From: Bacillus ectoiniformans
GTDB taxonomy: Bacteria > Bacillota > Bacilli > Bacillales > Domibacillaceae
Length of the DNA stretch: 24,000 nucleotides
Assembly (NCBI RefSeq): GCF_016908875.1
Contig: NZ_JAFBES010000002.1
Location: 233,740 to 257,739 of the forward strand
Reading direction: 5' to 3'
The notes below the pieces were generated by a model. It was not told the origin of the DNA, did not search any database, and saw nothing but the letters and a program-made list of their open reading frames with translations. How positions within the stretch are numbered: the stretch's first letter is position 1; every line of letters starts with the position of its first letter. Below, piece by piece: positions 15,068 through 23,384 of this stretch. The position numbers and the translations under genes are program-made.

Positions 15068-15850
15068 TTATTTATCCGAAGGAATGGTAATAACCTCATA
15101 CCCTAGCTTGTGAAATTTAATGGCGATGATGCCATGCTGCCCTGAATAATAGCTGTCGATCCACATGCGGTGCAGCATTTCCATAAATTTTTTGTCAGGC
15201 ACTTTTTGCTCATGCTGAAAAATAATTGCTGTTTGCGGATCAATATGGGTCAGCAAATTATAGGAAACGCTATTTTTCTGACCATAATCAGGTATTTTAA
15301 TGATATTAATATTTCTCAAAGGCTGCTTCAACAATTTAATCTCAGCTTTAAAAGAGTTTGATGTCATCCAAAAGAACCGATTATTAAAATGCTGAATGGA
15401 AAAGTCCATTCCTTCATTCTTGCCTGTTCCATTTGTAAGCACACTTAACTCTATAAATGGATTGAGTGAGATTGTTGTACCAGCTCTCCATTCATCCTCT
15501 TCTTTGCCACCAATGCTTTTGCCGAAAACTTTTTTTACCTCATAACGATTCTGAAGTATTTGGGTCAGCTTCTCCGGCATCTCACTTCGGTCCGTTTTAA
15601 TAAACCCGTCTAAGGTGTCCACTTGAAAGTAGTTGAGATAATAAACGATTTCATCAGCAGATCCCGCTTCTCCGGAATTAATTAAATAATTCAGCCCATC
15701 TGCGGTTTGCAGCAAGGCTGCTTCTCCGCTGGTTAAAGGAAAAAAGGCTAAAGCAAATTCACCTTCATCTAAATTCAAGTCAATACTTTCAGCCTGAACA
15801 GGTGTATTCATGCTAAATATGATAAAAAATAATGCGAATAACATCCTCAT
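15068..15850 (-). CDS. Secreted ComEC/Rec2-type metallo-beta-lactamase-fold protein with a degenerate, metal-ligand-less active site (260 aa)
   Basis: The signal peptide is MRMLFALFFIIFSMNTPVQA|ES. The fold-level pattern matches ComEC-like MBL domains: FxxLxxGEAxLLQTxDGxNxLINxG, ..YL....VDxLD..I.T, FFW.T.., IKIP.YG. However, HxHxDH is replaced by DRSEMP, HHGS by DYGQ and GHP by VPD. The SD GGTGA lies 6 nt upstream. Confidence 0.6.
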   Translation of the reverse strand: MRMLFALFFIIFSMNTPVQAESIDLNLDEGEFALAFFPLTSGEAALLQTADGLNYLINSGEAGSADEIVYYLNYFQVDTLDGFIKTDRSEMPEKLTQILQNRYEVKKVFGKSIGGKEEDEWRAGTTISLNPFIELSVLTNGTGKNEGMDFSIQHFNNRFFWMTSNSFKAEIKLLKQPLRNINIIKIPDYGQKNSVSYNLLTHIDPQTAIIFQHEQKVPDKKFMEMLHRMWIDSYYSGQHGIIAIKFHKLGYEVITIPSDK

Positions 15851-15920
15851 AACGAATCACCATCCTACTTTCGTTAGAGTATGTTATTCGCTAAAAATTA
15901 ATCGCTCATTCCAAAAATCT

Positions 15921-18722
15921 TCACAGCCACTCCTGAATAAATGCGACCGTTTCATCAAGTGGTGTTTCCTGTACATCTATTCCCGGTATGGACTGGATAA
16001 ATGCCCGGCCATAGCTTGTAGTTTGAATTCGTCTGTCGAACACCAATATCACACCCCGGTCACGGCTGCTTCTAATTAGACGGCCGAACCCTTGTTTAAA
16101 TCGTAAAATGGCTTGAGGAAGTGCATAGACTGAAAATGGATTTTTTCCTTCTTTGATCAGCTTTTCGCTTTTCGCCTGCACAAATGGATCATCCGGCGGT
16201 GAAAACGGCAGCCTGACAATCACAAGGCAGGACAAGTCCTCGCCCGGAATGTCAATCCCTTCCCAAAAGCTGTTCGTGCCAAACAAAATGGCTTTATCAA
16301 ATATTTGGAAATTTCTTGTTAAACGGGCTTGGCTTCCGCTGGTGATTCCCTGCGCCATTAAGATATAGTCATCAAGCAATCCGCTGTCTTTCATTAAATC
16401 ATGCGTTTTCTTCAGCATATCATAGGCGGTAAACAGAACCAGCATTCTTCCTTTCGTTGCTTCCGCTACAGCAATCAGCTGATTAGCGACTGATTCGATA
16501 TACTCGTCGGCTTTTACTTTTTTGATTTCCGGCAGGTCAGACGGAATCACCATTCGGCAATTATTCTTAAAATCGAATGGAGATGCGAGAAGCAGCTCTT
16601 TATACTTCATGGAGCCAAGTCCGATTTGCTCTGTAAAGAATGCAAAAGATCGATTAACTGTCAGAGTCGCGGATGTGAAAATAACGGTTTTATGCATCAA
16701 TAAGTTTTCTTTAATTAATTCAGCGGGTTCAATTGGCTGTGCTTTTAATGTAAATGTATTGGCAAAGGAACGGATATCCGCTTCAAGCCATACGACTGAA
16801 TCCTCTTCAGGGCGGAATACAGTCAATTCCAATCCATCACGCCAGCCTTCCAGCTCTTGTACTGAATGCACCAGTTCATCCATTTTCATTTGCTCTTTAG
16901 CCGCCATCTGCTCTCTGTAAGGCACAAGATTCTGAACCCTGGTCTTTAGTCCCTTTATCACTTCTGTAAGTCTCATATACACCCGTTCGGCTCCATATTC
17001 GACTTCATTCCAGTACTTCATTTCTCTTTGGTCTTGTCCTATGCGCAATTCTCTCCTGTGCCAGTTGCCCGCTTTTCTTTTTGTATGAAATTCAAAGAAT
17101 GTCTGCATCACTTGAAACCACTCATCGGCTTCAACTAACAGCTCGTTGATCATCCTGTCAGTGATCGTGTGCTTTCCGCTTTCCTGCTCATCGTATTTTT
17201 TTAGAAGCTGTTCTGAATGATAAAACAGCTGTTCTTGAGTAAATGTTCCGATTCTCCCAAGAAGAAACTTAAAGCTTAACTGATCAATTTCCTGTCCGAG
17301 ACGATTCCTGGCAGCCGTTTCAAAATGATGGGCTTCATCAATGATGACATGCGTATAATCAGGTAAAATCGAAGAGGAAGACGTTAATCCAGCTACTAGA
17401 AGTGAGTGATTAGTAATCACGATATCCGCTTCTTTCGCCTGTTTCTTGGCATGCAAATAAAAATCCTTATCGATCCACGCTTTTCTGCCTTTGTTTAAGT
17501 AATCGCCATCCTGTTTGACATGATTCCAAAACAGCCATCCTCCTGATGAGAGGTTGATTTCATCTACATCTCCTGTTTCTGTTTCCAAAAGCCAAATCAA
17601 GATTTGCATTTTAGCTAATACAAAATCATAATTATCATCTGTTTCCATTAGCGATTGCATAAACTTAAACAAATCGAGGTAGTGGTTACGGCCTTTCAAC
17701 ATAACGGCTGATACCGAAAAAGGAACCATTTTCTTAAGCTGGCCTATTTCTTTTTGCAATAGCTGCTGCTGAAGAACAATGGTATAAGTGCTTACGATCA
17801 CCGGCTTTTGCTGTTTCTTAGCGTAAAAAACAGCTGGCAGTAAATAGCCAAGCGACTTGCCTGTACCTGTTCCTGCTTCAATGACAAAATGTTCATTATC
17901 TTCTAATGACCGATTCACTTCATCCATCATTTGAAATTGGCTTTCCCGGTAGTCAAATGATGGCAGTCCCGAGATCAAAGCCTGCTTATCTAGTGCGCTG
18001 ACTGGATACTCTGGAACTCCTTTTTCAATGACTCGTTTCACGGCCTGTTTTTTTCTAAGGCCTATCCCTCTATAAATTTCAATATGCTCAGGGAGCTCTT
18101 CGATATTATGTTTTTTTTCTGAGATCACCGATTCGATTAAGTAAAGAATATCACTCTTTAAATGCCTTGATAATTCTTCAAGTTTTTCCAGTGTCGCCAT
18201 CGGCAGTTCTGACATTTTATCCATTAAGTAAATCAGCAGTTCCGCCGTCACATAGGCATCACTATCCGCTTGATGGGGCCGATCATGAGCAAACCCAAGC
18301 ATTTGTGTCAGCTCGCCAAGTTTATAGCTGTCGGAGGTTGGCATTAATATTTTCGCTAATTCGACCGTATCTATTGTCGGTCCTCTAAAAGGCCGGTATC
18401 CCGCTTCTTCAAGTTCAGCCTGAAGAAATTTCAAATCAAACGATACGTTGTGAGCGACAAAAACCGCGCCGTCCAATAAAGGCAATATATTAGGAGCCAC
18501 TTCGTGAAATAATGGTGCATCTCGAACCATGTCTTCACTTATTCCTGTCAGCTCTTCAATAAACACAGGGATGGACCGTTCAGGGTTTAAAAAAGTCGTA
18601 TATTGATTAACAATTTTTTTGTTTTCTATTACAACGAACGAAGCTTGTATCATACGGTCGCCCTTTTTGGCCGCATGCCCGGTCGTCTCAAGATCTGTAA
18701 CGACAAATCGCGGATAAGTCAT
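15921..18722 (-). CDS. dinG: DinG: N-terminal DEDD (epsilon-like) 3'-5' exonuclease fused to an XPD/Rad3-like SF2 helicase
   Basis: Exonuclease motifs are VVTDLETTG, AHNVSFDLKFL and HQADSDA. The helicase Walker A is AGTGTGKS and the DEAH box is IIDEAHH. The 933-aa length is close to the B. subtilis protein I recall. Only two Cys residues are present, both C-terminal, so there is no Fe-S domain. Confidence 0.95.
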   Translation of the reverse strand: MTYPRFVVTDLETTGHAAKKGDRMIQASFVVIENKKIVNQYTTFLNPERSIPVFIEELTGISEDMVRDAPLFHEVAPNILPLLDGAVFVAHNVSFDLKFLQAELEEAGYRPFRGPTIDTVELAKILMPTSDSYKLGELTQMLGFAHDRPHQADSDAYVTAELLIYLMDKMSELPMATLEKLEELSRHLKSDILYLIESVISEKKHNIEELPEHIEIYRGIGLRKKQAVKRVIEKGVPEYPVSALDKQALISGLPSFDYRESQFQMMDEVNRSLEDNEHFVIEAGTGTGKSLGYLLPAVFYAKKQQKPVIVSTYTIVLQQQLLQKEIGQLKKMVPFSVSAVMLKGRNHYLDLFKFMQSLMETDDNYDFVLAKMQILIWLLETETGDVDEINLSSGGWLFWNHVKQDGDYLNKGRKAWIDKDFYLHAKKQAKEADIVITNHSLLVAGLTSSSSILPDYTHVIIDEAHHFETAARNRLGQEIDQLSFKFLLGRIGTFTQEQLFYHSEQLLKKYDEQESGKHTITDRMINELLVEADEWFQVMQTFFEFHTKRKAGNWHRRELRIGQDQREMKYWNEVEYGAERVYMRLTEVIKGLKTRVQNLVPYREQMAAKEQMKMDELVHSVQELEGWRDGLELTVFRPEEDSVVWLEADIRSFANTFTLKAQPIEPAELIKENLLMHKTVIFTSATLTVNRSFAFFTEQIGLGSMKYKELLLASPFDFKNNCRMVIPSDLPEIKKVKADEYIESVANQLIAVAEATKGRMLVLFTAYDMLKKTHDLMKDSGLLDDYILMAQGITSGSQARLTRNFQIFDKAILFGTNSFWEGIDIPGEDLSCLVIVRLPFSPPDDPFVQAKSEKLIKEGKNPFSVYALPQAILRFKQGFGRLIRSSRDRGVILVFDRRIQTTSYGRAFIQSIPGIDVQETPLDETVAFIQEWL

Positions 18723-18814
18723 AGGTCTAACACACCTTTTTCAATAAAATCTTTTTAAGTGTACCATATGATGAAAAAAAACGCGGCATTTTAACTAACC
18801 CAGTGTTGGCCATA

Positions 18815-18862
18815 AAATAAAAAAGCTTAAAGTCTTTTTCTGAATCAGAAAGACTTTAAGCT
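18815..18862 (-). terminator. Rho-independent terminator of the panBCD operon
   Basis: A long hairpin, AGCTTAAAGTCTTTCTGA / TCAGAAAAAGACTTTAAGCT on the minus strand with one bulged A, is followed by TTTTTTATTTTAT. It begins 10 nt after the panD stop. Confidence 0.85.
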
Positions 18863-18871
18863 CTTCGCTAT

Positions 18872-19255
18872 TTACATAATAGTAGCGGCCGGCTCTTGAT
18901 GAATCAGCTCTTTTATCACATTGTTTTCACCCATAATCGCCACTTTCGGCTGATGGCTGTGTACTTTCTCATCCGCGACCATGACATAGGAGATAATAAT
19001 AACTGTATCCCCAGGCTGGACAAGTCTCGCCGCTGCCCCGTTTAAACAAACGACACCGCTGCCTCGCTCTCCAGGTATAATGTATGTCTCAAGCCGCGCG
19101 CCATTATTGTTATTGACAATTTGCACTTTTTCATTTGGCAGCATACCGACCGCATCAAGCAAGTTTTCATCAATGGTAATGCTCCCCACATAGTTGAGGT
19201 TCGCTTCTGTCACCGTAGCCCGGTGGATTTTTCCGTTCATCATTGTACGAAACAT
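18872..19255 (-). CDS. panD: Aspartate 1-decarboxylase proenzyme
   Basis: It is 127 aa with the self-processing site Gly24-Ser25 in [10 protein letters not shown] and a conserved GKIHRATVT. The SD AAGGAG lies 8 nt upstream. Confidence 0.97.
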   Translation of the reverse strand: MFRTMMNGKIHRATVTEANLNYVGSITIDENLLDAVGMLPNEKVQIVNNNNGARLETYIIPGERGSGVVCLNGAAARLVQPGDTVIIISYVMVADEKVHSHQPKVAIMGENNVIKELIHQEPAATIM

Positions 19256-19288
19256 GAGAGTCTCTCCTTAGTAAGAATATTGTTATGA

Positions 19289-20134
19289 TTATAGAGTGAA
19301 AATAAGGTTATCGATCAGCCGGGCTTTCGAAAATTTAACAGCTGCGGCCAAGATGACTTGCCCTTTTGTTTCTTCAAGCGGCTTTAAGTCCGGATAGGAA
19401 AGCAGTTCTGCGTAATCCACCACAGCTCCTGTATGCTTCGACAAGTACTCAGAGACATACGCTGTAATTTGATCCGGCTGCATCTCGCCCTGCATAGCCA
19501 TTTCTTTTCCCGCTTTCAGCGCTTGATAAATCGCTGGTGCCGCCTTGCGCTCTTGTTCGTCGAGATAGACATTGCGTGAACTTTTAGCCAATCCATCTTC
19601 TTCACGAACCGTGTCTACTCCGATTAACTCCACAGGAAAATTAAACGTTTTCACCAGTCCTTCTAGAACCGCCACTTGCTGAGCATCTTTCAAACCAAAA
19701 TAAGCTTTATCTGCTTCTGATAAATGAAACAACTTCGTGACAACCGTGACGACACCGTCAAAATGCCCTTCCCGCTTTTGACCGCACAGCGCATCTGTCC
19801 TCTCTAACACCTTCATTGACACAACCGGCTGATCGGGGTACATGTCTTCTGTTGCCGGAGTAAATAAAATGTCTACCCCCGCTTGAAGAGCCAGCTCCTT
19901 GTCCCGTTCTAAATCGCGCGGATACAGATCAAAGTCTTCGTTCGGTCCAAATTGTAGGGGATTGACAAAAATAGTCATAACCACCACGTCATTTTCTTCC
20001 CGTGCTTTCTTAGCTAAAGTTAAATGGCCTTCGTGCAAAAAACCCATAGTAGGCACCAGTCCAATGGAACGTCCATCCGCTTTCTCCAATCGGATCTGAT
20101 CCTTTAACTCGCTAATTGTTTCAATGACTCTCAT
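19289..20134 (-). CDS. panC: Pantoate--beta-alanine ligase (pantothenate synthetase)
   Basis: The motif [13 protein letters not shown] (HxGH) and [10 protein letters not shown]-like [17 protein letters not shown] support the call. The ATG overlaps the panB stop as ATGA. Confidence 0.97.
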   Translation of the reverse strand: MRVIETISELKDQIRLEKADGRSIGLVPTMGFLHEGHLTLAKKAREENDVVVMTIFVNPLQFGPNEDFDLYPRDLERDKELALQAGVDILFTPATEDMYPDQPVVSMKVLERTDALCGQKREGHFDGVVTVVTKLFHLSEADKAYFGLKDAQQVAVLEGLVKTFNFPVELIGVDTVREEDGLAKSSRNVYLDEQERKAAPAIYQALKAGKEMAMQGEMQPDQITAYVSEYLSKHTGAVVDYAELLSYPDLKPLEETKGQVILAAAVKFSKARLIDNLIFTL

Positions 20135-20970
20135 GTACGCACGCCTCCGTACAGCATGTCTAGTTCTTCTTCCTTCATCGTAAATGAATGCTGTCTCTCA
20201 GGAAATTCCTGTGTTTTGACTTCTTTTACGTAAGAAGAAATTGCCGGCGCGATGATATGGTTTAAATCTTCATATGTTTTCACAAATTTCGCTACCCGGT
20301 CGACACCGTATTGCAGAATATCGTGATACACGAGCACTTGGCCGTCCGTTCCTTCTCCGGCACCTATTCCAATCACAGGAATTGTCAGCGCTTTCGAAAC
20401 GGCTTCCGCTATTTGATAAGGGACACATTCAAGCACGAGCATAAATGCGCCACTCGCTTCTGCTTGAACCGCCTCTTCAAGTAAAGTCCTAGCGGCTTCC
20501 GCTGTTTTCCCTTGAACAGAATAACCGCCTAACACACCGACTGATTGCGGCGTTAAGCCTAAATGGGCAACGACCGGCACTCCTGCCTTAGTTAAAGCCT
20601 CGATGGATGAAAGAACCTCTCCCCCGCCTTCAAGCTTTACCGCATGAGCTCCTGCCTCTTGCATTAACTTTCTGGCTGTTTTCATCGTTTCTTCTTTATT
20701 TATGTGATAGCTCATATAAGGCATATCCGTGACAATAAATGTATCGGGGGCTCCTCGTTTAACAGCTTTCGTATGATGAATCATATCTTCGACCGTTACA
20801 GGAATGGTAGATTCATAACCTAACACCACCATACCTAACGAGTCTCCAACTAAAATGATGTCCGCTTGGCCTTGTTCCGAGAATTTCGCAGATGGATAAT
20901 CATACGCAGTAATCATAGCAATCTTTTCCCCTGATGCTTTCATCTTTAAAAAGTCTTTTGTTTGCCTCAT
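20131..20970 (-). CDS. panB: 3-methyl-2-oxobutanoate hydroxymethyltransferase
   Basis: Typical PanB sequence is present ([11 protein letters not shown].., [30 protein letters not shown]). The SD AAAGGAGGAAG lies 7 nt upstream. Confidence 0.97.
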   Translation of the reverse strand: MRQTKDFLKMKASGEKIAMITAYDYPSAKFSEQGQADIILVGDSLGMVVLGYESTIPVTVEDMIHHTKAVKRGAPDTFIVTDMPYMSYHINKEETMKTARKLMQEAGAHAVKLEGGGEVLSSIEALTKAGVPVVAHLGLTPQSVGVLGGYSVQGKTAEAARTLLEEAVQAEASGAFMLVLECVPYQIAEAVSKALTIPVIGIGAGEGTDGQVLVYHDILQYGVDRVAKFVKTYEDLNHIIAPAISSYVKEVKTQEFPERQHSFTMKEEELDMLYGGVRT

Positions 20971-21015
20971 TTTCCGCTTCCTCCTTTTTATTGCAGAGGA
21001 GACGAAACAATTTCA

Positions 21016-21049
21016 CATACAAAAAGGGTCCTTCAGACAGAAGGACCCC
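21016..21049 (-). terminator. Intrinsic terminator inside the panB 5' leader, which is also the first terminator after birA
   Basis: The minus strand reads GGGGTCCTTC-TGTCT-GAAGGACCC followed by TTTTTGTATG. The U-tract ends about 45 nt upstream of the panB ATG. Confidence 0.8.
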
Positions 21050-21171
21050 TAATTAGCAGTTGTTTCGACCCTCTGTCCCTGTCCGTTTGGATCAAGGCAG
21101 AACTAAATGATTTAATTAGTCACACTCATGTACCATTGCAGGTGCAGCTCCAAAGGATACTGCCCAGTTAC

Positions 21172-21200
21172 ATTATAACAACCAATCTATTTTTTGACTA
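21172..21200 (-). promoter_or_regulatory. Sigma-A promoter with an extended -10, driving the panB leader
   Basis: The minus strand reads TAGTCA (21195-21200)-17 nt spacer ending in TGT-TATAAT (21172-21177). It lies 22 nt downstream of the birA stop. Confidence 0.6.
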
Positions 21201-21222
21201 TTTAAAATTTCTAATCTGGCCG

Positions 21223-22200
21223 TTAATTGTTTACTTCAATATCCGCCGAATAAATATCGTGAATCGTGCCTTCTTTATCAAGAAGCTTTAATACTCCTTC
21301 TTCCGTAATACCCAGCGCTTTTCCTTCTATCGTCGCCTGAACGGTGCGGGCGGTGATCTGTTTGCCAATAGAAATGGCATAGGTTTCCCAGCGCTTTTTA
21401 ATCTCAGAAAAGCCTTCTTCAATATATATATCATAATAGCGCTCAATATTTTTCAGCAGTTCCTGTATCAATCTCGCTCTTGAAACCTTGTTTCCTGTTT
21501 CAATAGCCAGTGATGTGGCAATATCCTTCAGTTCTTCCGGAAATTCGGGCTGATTCACATTCATGCCAATTCCAATAATAATAGAATGGATCTGATCCGC
21601 ATCTGCCTGCAATTCAGTTAAGATGCCGGTAATTTTCTTCCCATTCATTAATATATCATTGGGCCACTTAATTTCTGGCGTCATGCCGGTAACTTCAATA
21701 ATGGCTTCAACTATCGCGACAGCGGTAATCAGTGTAAACTGGGGAGCTTTATAAGGAGGGAGCTGCGGCTTTAAGATCACACTCATCCAAATACCCGTGT
21801 ATTTCGGAGAATGCCAAGTTCTTGTCATGCGGCCTCTGCCGGCTGTCTGCTCTTCTGCGATGACCACGGTTCCCTCTTTAAAATCTTCCTGCGCTAAGCG
21901 ATGAGCTTCCTTTTGAGTCGAATCTGTACTGTCTTTAAACACAATTCGTTTCCCAAGGCGCTCTGTATGAAGGCCGATCATAATTTCGTTTTCTGTCACT
22001 TTATCTGGCGCAGCAATAATTCTATAGCCTTTCTTTCTTACGGCTTCTAGTTCAAATCCTTCACTTCTTAGACTTTCAATATGTTTCCACACGGCCGTTC
22101 TAGAACAGCCCACGATTTCTGCGAGAGCCTGTCCAGATACGAATTCACCATCCGCTTCAGAAAACGCCTCCAGCAATTTATGCTTTACAGAAGATTGCAT
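21223..22200 (-). CDS. birA: Bifunctional biotin--[acetyl-CoA-carboxylase] ligase and biotin-operon repressor BirA (325 aa)
   Basis: The N-terminal wHTH is GCSRTAVWKHIESLRSEGFELEAVRKKGY. The biotin/ATP loop is QTAGRGRMTRTWHS, with KWPNDIL also present. I reset the start to ATG 22200 because AAGGAGTG lies upstream. The track GTG at 22212 abuts that SD. The gene overlaps the cca 3' end by 16 nt. Confidence 0.93.
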   Translation of the reverse strand: MQSSVKHKLLEAFSEADGEFVSGQALAEIVGCSRTAVWKHIESLRSEGFELEAVRKKGYRIIAAPDKVTENEIMIGLHTERLGKRIVFKDSTDSTQKEAHRLAQEDFKEGTVVIAEEQTAGRGRMTRTWHSPKYTGIWMSVILKPQLPPYKAPQFTLITAVAIVEAIIEVTGMTPEIKWPNDILMNGKKITGILTELQADADQIHSIIIGIGMNVNQPEFPEELKDIATSLAIETGNKVSRARLIQELLKNIERYYDIYIEEGFSEIKKRWETYAISIGKQITARTVQATIEGKALGITEEGVLKLLDKEGTIHDIYSADIEVNN

Positions 22201-23384
22201 GATTTCAGCCACTCCTTTATTTTTTCTCGATCATTGTCCGATTCGCCGTTAATCACTGCTTGCTCTATTTTCTCTAAATAACCCTTAATCCAAGGTCCTC
22301 CCGGTGTGTCTTTCCACGCCTTCAGATCTTCTCCGCTTACCGCTAAAGCTTGGCGGTCATAAATAGGCAGTTTGTGATATTCTTCTTCAAGCCACGCTTT
22401 CTCCGACAATCGAGGATTCTCATGAAGAGCGGCGTGCACTTCCTCCACATCAACTGCCGTGGCTAGACCAGCCTGATACAACTTGTACCGCGTCCAGCTC
22501 TCCGACTGTCTTTCCCGCAATAGTTGTACGGCTCGTGATAACGACTTAACTTTCTTTGCAGGCATCCGCCATTCCTTCAAAAAGAGATCAGGTCTTTCAG
22601 GACTTGCAATCCATGTCAAAAGCAGCCACATTTGATCCGCTGTAAGAGAATCTATAGGAAGATCAAGTATTCGTTCAAGTATTTGTTTCTCTTCACCTAT
22701 GCCCGGCAGAAAAGGATAGAGTCCGCCTTGCAATAACGTTCGCAGCCCTTTTTTCTTGCCGGGGCCGCCCAAGAGCTTTTCCATCTCATTTAACTTCCGT
22801 TCGACGGCTATATGCTTTAATAAATGCGACTGCTGTATAAGAGCATCTGCTGTTGCTTCATCTAGCTCGAAATTCAGCTGGCTGACAAACCGCGCTGCTC
22901 TCATCATTCGGAGCGCATCTTCAGTAAACCTTTCCCAAGCGGAGCCGACCGTTTGAATCCGCTTGTCCCTAAGATCCTTCTGCCCTTGAAATGGATCAAC
23001 TAATGAAAGGCTGCGATCCATTGCCATCGCATTGATCGTAAAATCCCGTCTTTTCAAATCTTCCTGTAATGACCGGACGAATGCTACGGTTTCAGGGCGT
23101 CGAAAATCCTTATAATCAGATTCTGTTCGAAAGGTCGTCACTTCATACCCTTCTCCCCGGTAAATGATTAATACCGTGCCATGTTCAATGCCGACGTCCA
23201 CCGTCTTTGGAAACAGTGCCTTTACTTCTTCAGGAAGTGCAGAAGTGGCTATATCTACATCCCCAATAGGACGGCCCAGTAAATAGTCCCTAACTGCCCC
23301 TCCTACGTAATAGGCATCGTATCCTGCTTCTTCAAGTTCTTTTAAAATCGGTGCCGCCTGAATAAACAACTCTTCATTTTTCAT
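22185..23384 (-). CDS. cca: CCA-adding tRNA nucleotidyltransferase
   Basis: The class II polymerase-beta signature is YYVGGAVRDYLLGRPIGDVDIAT, with TFR....Y.D.R.P and RDFTINAMA. The ATG overlaps the bshA stop as ATGA. Confidence 0.95.
   Translation of the reverse strand: MKNEELFIQAAPILKELEEAGYDAYYVGGAVRDYLLGRPIGDVDIATSALPEEVKALFPKTVDVGIEHGTVLIIYRGEGYEVTTFRTESDYKDFRRPETVAFVRSLQEDLKRRDFTINAMAMDRSLSLVDPFQGQKDLRDKRIQTVGSAWERFTEDALRMMRAARFVSQLNFELDEATADALIQQSHLLKHIAVERKLNEMEKLLGGPGKKKGLRTLLQGGLYPFLPGIGEEKQILERILDLPIDSLTADQMWLLLTWIASPERPDLFLKEWRMPAKKVKSLSRAVQLLRERQSESWTRYKLYQAGLATAVDVEEVHAALHENPRLSEKAWLEEEYHKLPIYDRQALAVSGEDLKAWKDTPGGPWIKGYLEKIEQAVINGESDNDREKIKEWLKSCNLL

Noticed and set aside
16153-18388. 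Plus-strand ORFs antisense to dinG (16153-16368, 16522-16920, 18167-18388)
   Set aside because: They are embedded in a strongly supported 933-aa gene on the other strand. They have no SD and their composition is Ser/Cys/Ile-rich, as expected for antisense frames.
18723-18871. A LexA/Cheo box upstream of dinG
   Set aside because: I found no GAAC-N4-GTTC-like sequence in this interval.
21040-21062. CTAATTAGGGGTCC in the panB leader, which superficially resembles the start of a T-box sequence (AAnnnGGGUGGUACCGCG)
   Set aside because: The conserved UGGUACCGCG core is absent, there are no Stem I or specifier features, and the leader is too short. It is not a T-box.
21100-21135. A 6-codon mini-ORF (ATG GTA CAT GAG TGT GAC TAA, MVHECD) inside the panB leader, considered as a possible leader peptide
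   Set aside because: The putative SD GGAG is 11 nt away and the peptide has no obvious link to the pathway. Leader-peptide attenuation cannot be argued from one sequence, so I kept it only as a note under the leader finding.
20962-21291. A 109-aa plus-strand ORF spanning the birA-panB intergenic region
   Set aside because: It runs antisense through the panB start, the leader terminator and the birA 3' end. It has no SD, and the region is better explained as a minus-strand leader.
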